DNA of 57,373 nucleotides from Candidatus Nanopelagicaceae bacterium (GTDB lineage Bacteria > Actinomycetota > Actinomycetes > Nanopelagicales > Nanopelagicaceae), in contig JALRKE010000002.1 of assembly GCA_023254845.1 (NCBI GenBank), forward strand, positions 1-57,373, read 5' to 3'. Within the stretch, counting starts at the first letter, position 1, and each line of letters opens with the position of its first letter. The notes below the pieces were generated by a model. It was not told the DNA's origin. It worked only from the letters and a program-made list of their open reading frames with translations, and did no database searches. Shown in pieces: positions 18,637-26,396 of this stretch. The position numbers and the translations under genes are program-made.

Positions 18637-19956
18637 ATGAAATGGCGCGCGCTATTGGTGGCAATCTTGCTCACTTCAACTCTCCAGCCACTCTCTCGCG
18701 CGACTACAACTATCCCCGCCGAATTTTTATTTCTTGGTTCGGGATACGGACATGGCGTGGGTATGAGCCAGATTGGCGCACGCGGACAAGCGCTGGAGGG
18801 CAAGAGCGCAAGAGAGATCTTGAGCCATTACTACCCAGGCACAGAGGTAACTCCTTTTCCGGATAACCATCTCATCAGAGTTAATGTCGCAAACCAAGCG
18901 ACATCAGCCACGATTAGTATCGAAAAAACCATCGGTGGTTTTACCCTCTACCAAGGAGACGTTCCAGCAACTGAAAATCCTGAGCCATTTGGAAAATACG
19001 ATGGAACAGTTACTGCAACCTTTACGAATTTTTCTGGCCAAATTGTTCCATTACTAACTTCTCCCACAGCAAAGTTTGCTCCGCTTCCTGGTAACCAGGC
19101 TTGGACCATCAGATGGGAACCTAATTCAGTTATTGCTTTCAAAAGCGGCGATAAGAGTGGTAGATATAAATATGGCCAAATGACGTTTAAGAGCGTGACC
19201 ACCAAGCTGACTTCATATCTAGCGGTCACAACGACATTGCGGTTACATGATGAGTATCTATATGGAATCGGCGAAGTACCCTCATCATGGCCAGCCGCCT
19301 CACTTGAGGCGCAAGTTATCGCAGCTCGTACTTATGCTTTAGGAAAAATCAGCCGAATCAGAAGCGAATGCGATTGCAATATCTATAGCACTACCGTCGA
19401 CCAAAACTTTGTTGGTTTTGCCAAGGAAGATGAAAAGGTAAACCGGATCGACTATGGAATTCTCTGGAAAGAGGCGGTAAATCGTACTTTTGTAGATACC
19501 GAGAGCGCACTTGTGATAACACAAGGCGGCATTCCAATAAATGCTTTCTACTTTTCCTCTAGCGGTGGCAAAACCCAGAACATTAAGGATGTCTGGGGAT
19601 CAGAATTCGCTTATCTGCTTGGCGTACCAGATCCATGGAGCTTGGATCCAAAGATAAATCCGCGTTTCTATATGTGGACCCGCAGCGTTCCACAAGCCAT
19701 GATGGCCCAGGCATTTAACCTCCCTGATGTCATCGCTTTTACGATTGATTCAATTAGCCAGACAAATAGCGTTATGGCAATCTCAGGTTATTCATCGGAA
19801 GGTAAGCGGAGCACACTTACCGGCGAAGTCTTCCGCTCCAGAACAAAACTTCCCTCAACTTGGCTCAGGAGCAATCTCCAAGAAATTACCTACCCAGTCT
19901 TCGCGCCAGAATGTAAGCCAAATCCCGTTTATTCAGGAGTTTTCTGTAACGCTTAA
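18637..19956 (+). CDS. SpoIID/LytB domain-containing protein
   Basis: Signal peptide; motifs GYGHGVGMSQIGA, EAQVIAARTYAL and FYFSSSGGKT. Confidence 0.85.
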   Translation: MKWRALLVAILLTSTLQPLSRATTTIPAEFLFLGSGYGHGVGMSQIGARGQALEGKSAREILSHYYPGTEVTPFPDNHLIRVNVANQATSATISIEKTIGGFTLYQGDVPATENPEPFGKYDGTVTATFTNFSGQIVPLLTSPTAKFAPLPGNQAWTIRWEPNSVIAFKSGDKSGRYKYGQMTFKSVTTKLTSYLAVTTTLRLHDEYLYGIGEVPSSWPAASLEAQVIAARTYALGKISRIRSECDCNIYSTTVDQNFVGFAKEDEKVNRIDYGILWKEAVNRTFVDTESALVITQGGIPINAFYFSSSGGKTQNIKDVWGSEFAYLLGVPDPWSLDPKINPRFYMWTRSVPQAMMAQAFNLPDVIAFTIDSISQTNSVMAISGYSSEGKRSTLTGEVFRSRTKLPSTWLRSNLQEITYPVFAPECKPNPVYSGVFCNA

Positions 19957-19958
19957 AT

Positions 19959-20857
19959 TTAGTTGGAGTGCAGAACGCTATTTAGCCCGCCCCAACTTCC
20001 GCTTCGGGCAAGGGCCTCAATAGAACCAGTCTTGGAATTTCTTCGGAATAACAATCCATTTGCTCCCGATAATTCACGAGCCTTAACTTCTTTACCATCA
20101 GGCAGCAACACAATCGAACCGGCAGTTAAATAAAGTCCCGCTTCAACAACGCACTCATCTCCGAGAGATATTCCTACTCCTGAATTTGCGCCGAGTAAGG
20201 TCTTCTTGCCAATCGAGATTACTTCTTTACCGCCGCCACTTAGCGTGCCCATAATCGAAGCGCCGCCACCAATATCACTTCCATCACCTACAACTACGCC
20301 AGCTGAGATTCGCCCCTCGACCATAGATGCGCCAAGCGTGCCAGCATTGAAGTTAACTGTTGTGCCAGCTGCAAGATGAGCACCAAGTCGGACACGGTCT
20401 GCATCAGCTATTCGCACGCCTTCTGGGAGTACGTAGTCGACCATTCGTGGAAACTTGTCGACTGAATATATGGTGAATGAACCAAGTTTCTCCTTGAGAA
20501 GTTCTCTTACGCTCTCAAAATCAGTTAATTCGCATGGCCCGACCGAAGTCCAAACTACATTATTGAGTATTCCAAAGATGCCATCGAGGACTGCCTCATG
20601 CGGCTTGATGGTTCTGTGCGAAAGAAGTGGAGCCGTAGGTAAGCATCTGGAACGTCTTTTGGGGCAATTCCTAAGTCGATTTCTATCGCAATTGGTTCGC
20701 GGCGAACGCCCCGAATCTCATCCACCGAGGCAAGGCTCGCTAGATCTGGTGCAGATGAACTACTTAGCTTTCCCAACCCTAGAACTTTGAAATGGGCATC
20801 GAGGATCGCGCCACTCTTTGATTTCGAAACCAAGCCGTGGCCGTAAGCGATGGACAT
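19959..20857 (-). pseudogene. dapD: 2,3,4,5-tetrahydropyridine-2,6-dicarboxylate N-succinyltransferase, interrupted by a 1-nt frameshift near 20616-20632
   Basis: The N-terminal frame reads ...[16 protein letters not shown] (stop at 20555). The other frame is open from about 20718 and reads [69 protein letters not shown]..., then the hexapeptide-repeat domain. Joined, the two give the expected DAYLRLHLLSHR. Confidence 0.85.
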
Positions 20858-20890
20858 GTGCCAAAGGTACCAACGCTCTAGAGTTCGTGG

Positions 20891-21436
20891 GTGAAGATTG
20901 CCGTCTACTGCGCATCATCTACTGCTGTTTCATCAAGCGCGCTAAAGATTGGTTTCAACCTAGGTGAGGAGATTGCTAAAGCTGGTCATCAACTCGTTTG
21001 GGGTGGTGGTGCAATCTCTGTGATGGGTGAAGTGGCTAAAGGAGCCCGATCTCAAGGAGGCTACACAATTGGAGTTATTCCAGAGAGGTTGAGCAATATC
21101 GAATTTATCGATCGCGATTCCCATGAGATGCATGTTGTCGAAGATATGAGAGCAAGAAAGGGTTTGATCGAGAAATTTTCTGACGGTTTTATCGCACTTC
21201 CAGGAGGACTCGGAACTCTAGAAGAACTCTTCGAAATCTGGGTAGGAAGGTACCTAGGGTTTCACGGAAAACCAATCTCAGTTCTTGATCCAGATGGGAC
21301 TTATGACACGCTAAGAAGTGCGCTCGCAGATTTGACGGAGAAGAATCTGTTGAAGCCAGGACAGCATGAATTAGTCAAGTGGTGCACTAATTCGCTTGAA
21401 TCAATTAGCCATCTTGAGAGTGAGCATCGTGCTTAA
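20891..21436 (+). CDS. LOG-family (TIGR00730) nucleotide 5'-monophosphate nucleosidase
   Basis: Motifs VWGGGAISVMG and PGGLGTLEEL. It is divergent from dapD, as Rv1205 is relative to Rv1201c in mycobacteria. Confidence 0.88.
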   Translation: MKIAVYCASSTAVSSSALKIGFNLGEEIAKAGHQLVWGGGAISVMGEVAKGARSQGGYTIGVIPERLSNIEFIDRDSHEMHVVEDMRARKGLIEKFSDGFIALPGGLGTLEELFEIWVGRYLGFHGKPISVLDPDGTYDTLRSALADLTEKNLLKPGQHELVKWCTNSLESISHLESEHRA

Positions 21437-21854
21437 AGATTTTTATGCAGAAGTCACGATTAATGCTCCAGTCAATGAGGTTTGGCGCGCACTAGTGCAA
21501 TGGGAGAAGCAGGGAGATTGGATGGCGCTGACTCGAGTGAGCGCCTCGGATAAAGGAGCTGATGACTCTGGAATTGGAACCACAATTGAAGCATTTACCG
21601 GGATTGGACCCTTCGGAGTACTAGACAAGATGAAAGTCTCTTCCTGGGAACCGCCGCACTTTTGCCGAGTCGAACACTTTGGAAGAGTAATTAAGGGAAT
21701 AGGCGAATTTCGTTTAGTCGACCTAGGGGACAAGACTAAATTTGATTGGTATGAAGAGATATTGGCTCCGAAGTTGATCCTCGCGCTAATCAAGCCCTTC
21801 ATTCTCCTCACAGTTAACTTCTCGCTAAGGAAGTTCGCACGAACCTTTGACTAA
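21429..21854 (+). CDS. SRPBCC (polyketide cyclase/START-like) family protein
   Basis: The pattern FYAEVTINAPVNEVWRALVQWEKQGDWM is typical of the SRPBCC fold. GTG at 21429 overlaps the LOG stop. An alternative start lies at 21396. Confidence 0.7.
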   Translation: MLKDFYAEVTINAPVNEVWRALVQWEKQGDWMALTRVSASDKGADDSGIGTTIEAFTGIGPFGVLDKMKVSSWEPPHFCRVEHFGRVIKGIGEFRLVDLGDKTKFDWYEEILAPKLILALIKPFILLTVNFSLRKFARTFD

Positions 21855-21907
21855 CTCCAAGCAATAAGTAACCGGTAGGCACGAGGCGAGCCTTGTAGCC
21901 TTAGCAC

Positions 21908-22117
21908 GTGGCGGAGCAGAAGAAAGAAACTGTTATCGAGCTCATAGCCTCTTTGCCAGTCGAAGAGCGGATTATCTTGCTCCTCTACTTTGGACAGAAC
22001 CTCTCCACTTCAGAAATCGCCATCAAAATTGGGGTCCCCGAGCGCTCCATATCCGCTGTCCTTGCCTCAGCTCGCGCCCGCCTACGCGAGAAATTCGATT
22101 TCCCCTCAACTGACTGA
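21908..22117 (+). CDS. Stand-alone sigma-70 region-4 / GerE-like HTH mini-protein (69 aa)
   Basis: LPVEERIILLLYFGQNLSTSEIAIKIGVPERSISAVLASARARLREKF matches the ECF-sigma region 4.2 pattern. An in-frame TAG at 21902-21904 rules out a longer N-terminus. Confidence 0.65.
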   Translation: MAEQKKETVIELIASLPVEERIILLLYFGQNLSTSEIAIKIGVPERSISAVLASARARLREKFDFPSTD

Positions 22118-22185
22118 ATACGCGATAATTCGCTCCTGAATTAGCAAGATATTCGCATTACGAGTTGATAACGAAAGAGGTCGAA

Positions 22186-22368
22186 ATGGCAGCCATGAAA
22201 CCCCGCACCGGCGATGGACCTATGGAAGTAACGAAAGAAGCTCGTAGTTTGGTTATGCGGATTCCGCTGGAGGGCGGCGGCCGACTTGTTGTGGAACTCA
22301 ATCAAGAGGAAGCTCGCAATCTCGCGGATGTCTTGAACACAGCGGTCTCGCTAATAAATAAGAAGTGA
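22186..22368 (+). CDS. DUF3117-family conserved actinobacterial small protein
   Basis: MAAMKPRTGDGPMEVTKEARSLVMRIPLEGGGRLVVEL matches the highly conserved DUF3117 core. ATG at 22186 is preferred over 22165. Confidence 0.8.
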   Translation: MAAMKPRTGDGPMEVTKEARSLVMRIPLEGGGRLVVELNQEEARNLADVLNTAVSLINKK

Positions 22369-23864
22369 ATCGACCTATCCCGAAGCTGGGTTCACGGAAG
22401 ATCGATAGCCCATCGGGAGAGTCGCTAAAAGGAATCACCCATCTTGCGCTACCAGTTAATCCAACGGGCGAGATAGCCATAAGTCAAAAATGGCGAAAAT
22501 TTGTAGAAAGTGAATTTAATCTAAATCTTCAAGAAGAGATTGATAAGGCCGGTAAATCATTCTCGGCAAAGCTCGGTGAGTTAATCGAGATTCCGCTAAA
22601 TGAAAGTAAGAAAAAGCTAGCCCGAATTTATCTAATAGGAGTTGGCGAATCTAATTCAAATGATTTACGTAAGGCGGGAACAATTCTTGGTCGAAAAGTT
22701 AAGGCGACTACTTCTCACCTCTTGTCGCTCTGCGCTGAGAATTCAAATCAAGCCCTAGTTCATCTAAACGCGTTATCGCTATCTACTTATTCATGGAGCA
22801 CAAAGGGCGCTGCCGATAAAGAGAAAAAGATTGAAACTCCATCATTTACTATTGCCGGTGACTTTGCTGCGGTAGTGAAGCGGAGTGAGGTTCTTGTTGC
22901 TTCGACATGGAAAGCGCGCGACCTCATCCACACCCCTTCAAATATCAAATCTCCAGAATGGATTGCCTCCCAAGCGCGCGCTATTTGTAAGCGCCCCGAT
23001 CTAAAGATCAAGGAACGCTCTGGTAGGGAACTTGCTGAGTTTGGCGGACTAAGGGCGGTTGGAAATTCGAGCCGAAAGAACCCACCTAGATTCGTTGAAC
23101 TCTCCTATACGCCGAAAGGTGGAAAGAAATCACCTCACGTAGTGTTAGTTGGAAAAGGAATCACATTTGATACTGGTGGAGTTTCATTAAAGCGACCATA
23201 CGATCTGATGGCGCCAATGAAGAGCGATATGGCTGGCGCCGCTGCGGTATTGATGACGGTCGCGGCCGCTGCGGATTTAAAGGTAAATGTGAGGGTTACG
23301 GGGCTCTTAATGTTGGCGGAGAATGCCCTCTCTGCTACCTCGCAACGTCCGAGTGATGTAATAAAGCATTATGGCGGAACCACGGTTGAAGTATTAAATA
23401 CTGATGCAGAGGGGCGATTAGTCCTTGCCGATGGCCTCGCCTATGCCGATAAGAATCTAAATCCAGATTACCTAGTCGATATTGCTACGTTGACCGGGGC
23501 TGCCACCTTGGGACTTGGTCGCCAATACGGAGCTATGTATACGCGTAATATAAAAGTAGCGGGCGCCTTAAACGAGATCGGCGAATATATAGGCGATCGA
23601 ATCTGGCATATGCCGCTAATTGATGATTACGGAATCGCCCTAGAAAGCGATATCGCCGATCTAAATCACTTAGGAAATAAGTTTAAATTCCAAGCTGGCT
23701 CGGTCACCGCTGCGCTCTTCCTAGAGAGATTTGCTGGAAAGCGTAATTGGATTCACTTAGATATCGCAGGGCCCGCTAGATCTGAGAGTGATGCGGGCGA
23801 GAATCCAAAAGGTGGGACGGGTTTTGGCGTTCGGCTCTTAACGCAATGGTTGGCAACACTTTGA
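22365..23864 (+). CDS. pepA: Leucyl aminopeptidase (M17)
   Basis: Motifs VGKGITFDTGG, MKSDMAGAA and the M17 signature NTDAEGRLVLAD. Confidence 0.92.
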   Translation: MNRPIPKLGSRKIDSPSGESLKGITHLALPVNPTGEIAISQKWRKFVESEFNLNLQEEIDKAGKSFSAKLGELIEIPLNESKKKLARIYLIGVGESNSNDLRKAGTILGRKVKATTSHLLSLCAENSNQALVHLNALSLSTYSWSTKGAADKEKKIETPSFTIAGDFAAVVKRSEVLVASTWKARDLIHTPSNIKSPEWIASQARAICKRPDLKIKERSGRELAEFGGLRAVGNSSRKNPPRFVELSYTPKGGKKSPHVVLVGKGITFDTGGVSLKRPYDLMAPMKSDMAGAAAVLMTVAAAADLKVNVRVTGLLMLAENALSATSQRPSDVIKHYGGTTVEVLNTDAEGRLVLADGLAYADKNLNPDYLVDIATLTGAATLGLGRQYGAMYTRNIKVAGALNEIGEYIGDRIWHMPLIDDYGIALESDIADLNHLGNKFKFQAGSVTAALFLERFAGKRNWIHLDIAGPARSESDAGENPKGGTGFGVRLLTQWLATL

Positions 23865-23890
23865 TATCTGCATTCTCCGAACGAGGCGAC

Positions 23891-24502
23891 ATGAGGGCAT
23901 TCGCCAACAACTACATCCCCGAAACTGAGATTATGCAGCGCGCCCGGCAACGTGGCGTTGAAATCGGAAGCTATGAGACAACTCCTGCCGTTGGCTCACT
24001 CCTTCGTTATCTGACGCATTTAGTTGGAGCATCATCAATTGTTGAAGTAGGAACCGGCTCCGGCGTTAGTGGACTTTGGATTATCCCCGCGATGATTGAT
24101 AAAGGACTCTTCACATCCATCGATGATGAAGTTGAAAATGCCCGCCTTGCCAAACAGGCATTTGATGAAGCAAGTTTCTCAAATTCTCGATATCGCCTGA
24201 TAACTGGAAATAGCACTGAAATTGTGGGCAAGCTCGCCGATAGCCTCTATGACATCTTTATCCTTAGAAAAAGCCGGGATATCTTTGAAAATGTAGAGAG
24301 TGCACATCGTTCGCTACGTCCAGGTGGCGTGCTTGTCATTGATCGCGCTCTAATGGGAGGAAAAGTAGCTGATCCAACCCAGAGGGATGAAGCAACAGTT
24401 GCGTTTCGCGATGCGATTAAGGTCATTCGAGAAGCAAGAGAACTTTGGATGCCGATGCTGCTTCCGGTCGGCGATGGCGTTCTAGTTGCCACAAAGATAT
24501 AG
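23891..24502 (+). CDS. Class I SAM-dependent O-methyltransferase (Rv1220c-like)
   Basis: SAM motif I VEVGTGSGVSGLW. Caffeoyl-CoA-OMT-like length. An alternative start at 23846 overlaps pepA by 19 nt. Confidence 0.8.
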   Translation: MRAFANNYIPETEIMQRARQRGVEIGSYETTPAVGSLLRYLTHLVGASSIVEVGTGSGVSGLWIIPAMIDKGLFTSIDDEVENARLAKQAFDEASFSNSRYRLITGNSTEIVGKLADSLYDIFILRKSRDIFENVESAHRSLRPGGVLVIDRALMGGKVADPTQRDEATVAFRDAIKVIREARELWMPMLLPVGDGVLVATKI

Positions 24503-24519
24503 ACACTTAGGATTACATC

Positions 24520-24846
24520 ATGTTTGGCGTCGGGATGGGCGAGTTCCTTGGATTGATAGTCCTAGGTCTATTTCTAGTTGGCCCAGATAAGTTGCCATCC
24601 GCTGCTAAAGATTTCGCGCGCATGATTCATAAGGTAAGAAATTTCACCTCAGATGCCTCGAAAGAGTTAAAGAAAAATCTCGGACCTGGCTTTGAGGATT
24701 TAGATGTAAAGGATCTGACCCCGAAGAATTTGGCAAAGAAAGTACTTGGAGATGCACTCGAAGAAACTAAGCCAGTCATTAACGAAGCGCGGGCACGGAG
24801 TAAAGAGCTGAAAGATATCGCCAAGATAGATCCCGATTTACTATGA
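24520..24846 (+). CDS. tatB: Sec-independent protein translocase subunit TatB
   Basis: MFGVGMGEFLGLIVLGLFLVGPDKLP N-terminal TM segment, an amphipathic helix and a charged tail. Confidence 0.85.
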   Translation: MFGVGMGEFLGLIVLGLFLVGPDKLPSAAKDFARMIHKVRNFTSDASKELKKNLGPGFEDLDVKDLTPKNLAKKVLGDALEETKPVINEARARSKELKDIAKIDPDLL

Positions 24847-25970
24847 GTGATTCAATCAAGTCAGCAATCGAGAGTGAGTTAGCAAAGGTCTCTGATCCCG
24901 AATTACATCGCCCTATAACTGAGCTAGGTATGGTCGAGCGGATTGAGTTCAACGATGGTCTTGCTGAAGTTTCAATCCTGCTCACTATCACTGGATGTCC
25001 GATGCGCGACCGGTTACAGAAAGATGTCTCCGAAGCGACGTTAAAGGTCTCTGAAGTAAAGAACGTTAGAGTCAATTTCGGTGTGATGAATGATGAACAA
25101 CGTGATCGAGTTAAGAAATTACTTAGGGGTGGTCGAGAGAAATTCATTCCATTTGCCCAACCTGAATCGCTCACTCGAGTTATCGGAGTCTCATCAGGTA
25201 AAGGTGGCGTCGGCAAGAGCAGCGTGACGGTGAATCTTGCGGTAGCGCTAGCGCAACGAGGATTTAAAGTCGGTTTACTAGATGCTGATGTTTATGGGCA
25301 TTCAATCCCAAGAGCCTTAGGTATAGATGGCAAACGACCGACCGCAATCGATCAGACCTTTATTCCACTTGAGGCTTACGGAGTGAAGACGGTCTCGATT
25401 GAAATGTTTAAGCCAGATCGAGCTGATCCGGTTGCCTATCGCGGACCGCTACTACATCGCGTGCTAGAACAGCTATTAAGCGATGCATATTGGGGCGATT
25501 TAGATTTCCTTCTTCTAGACCTTCCACCGGGAACTGGCGATATCGCCATCTCATTAGGGCAACTAATCCCAGGCTCCGAAATCTTGGTAGTAACAACGCC
25601 ACAAATCGCAGCCGCAGAGGTTGCCGAGCGAGCTGGTCGGATTGCTCATCAATTGAAGCAACAGATTATTGGCGTAATCGAAAATATGTCGCCTTATATT
25701 GAAGCAAGTAGCAATACAAAGGTTGCCCTCTTCGGTGAAGGTGGTGGTGAAGAAACAGCAAAGCGGTTATCTAATTTGGTCGGAGCTGATGTGCCACTTC
25801 TTGGAAAGATTCCATTTGATATTGCCCTTAGAGAAGGTGGTGATAGCGGTCAACCAGTCGTAACTGCAAAACCAGATTCACCGGCGGCGCTTGAGTTTGA
25901 GAGCGTTATCGATCAGCTCACACTTCGAAAGAAGTCGCTACTTGGAGTTCGACTCGGGCTTAGTACCTAA
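24843..25970 (+). CDS. mrp: Mrp/NBP35 (ApbC) Fe-S cluster carrier ATPase with N-terminal DUF59
   Basis: Motifs SGKGGVGKSS, LLDLPPGTGD and the DUF59-like N-terminus TITGCPMRD. ATGA overlap with tatB. Confidence 0.9.
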   Translation: MSDSIKSAIESELAKVSDPELHRPITELGMVERIEFNDGLAEVSILLTITGCPMRDRLQKDVSEATLKVSEVKNVRVNFGVMNDEQRDRVKKLLRGGREKFIPFAQPESLTRVIGVSSGKGGVGKSSVTVNLAVALAQRGFKVGLLDADVYGHSIPRALGIDGKRPTAIDQTFIPLEAYGVKTVSIEMFKPDRADPVAYRGPLLHRVLEQLLSDAYWGDLDFLLLDLPPGTGDIAISLGQLIPGSEILVVTTPQIAAAEVAERAGRIAHQLKQQIIGVIENMSPYIEASSNTKVALFGEGGGEETAKRLSNLVGADVPLLGKIPFDIALREGGDSGQPVVTAKPDSPAALEFESVIDQLTLRKKSLLGVRLGLST

Positions 25971-26396
25971 GCCTTCTTGCAGTTTCTTAATCTCTTCAAC
26001 TAAATCCTTACGCATCGCAGCCAATTCCCTGACCATATATTCGGTTACAGCAAGGTTCCGCTCATCTCTGCTGCGATCCTCCTGTGAGGTAACGCGATCG
26101 CGGTCCGCTTGGCGATTCTGGGCAAGCAGGATTAGCGGCGCTGCATATGAAGCTTGAAGTGATAGCAGAAGCGTTAGAAATATAAATGGAAACTCATCAA
26201 ATCGATATTCTCGCGGGCCAAATCCATTCCAGAGCATCCAGGCAAGGACAAAGATCGTCATGTATACGAGGAAACGTGCGGTGCCAATGAATCTGGCAAA
26301 ACGCTCAGAGAGCCGCCCCAAAGTCTCTGGATCATAGTTAGGACGGATTGATCGTTTAGATTCACGTGGAATCGAGAGCCTTGATTTCTCTTTCAT
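25938..26396 (-). CDS. DUF1003 membrane protein
   Basis: Two TM helices followed by LLAQNRQADRDR, the typical DUF1003 motif. The 3' end overlaps the convergent mrp gene by 33 nt. Confidence 0.8.
   Translation of the reverse strand: MKEKSRLSIPRESKRSIRPNYDPETLGRLSERFARFIGTARFLVYMTIFVLAWMLWNGFGPREYRFDEFPFIFLTLLLSLQASYAAPLILLAQNRQADRDRVTSQEDRSRDERNLAVTEYMVRELAAMRKDLVEEIKKLQEGLGTKPESNSK

Noticed and set aside
20555-20720. Programmed -1 ribosomal frameshift as the explanation for the split dapD
   Set aside because: The junction (CTC CAC TTC TTT CGC) has no X XXY YYZ slippery heptamer, and I see no obvious downstream stimulatory structure. A base deletion or a sequencing error is the simpler explanation. 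It remains a remote possibility only.
20455-20790. 111-aa plus-strand ORF spanning the dapD frameshift region
   Set aside because: It is antisense to sequence that translates into conserved DapD residues in two frames. Its product is S/L/R-rich and low in information content, so it is a shadow ORF.
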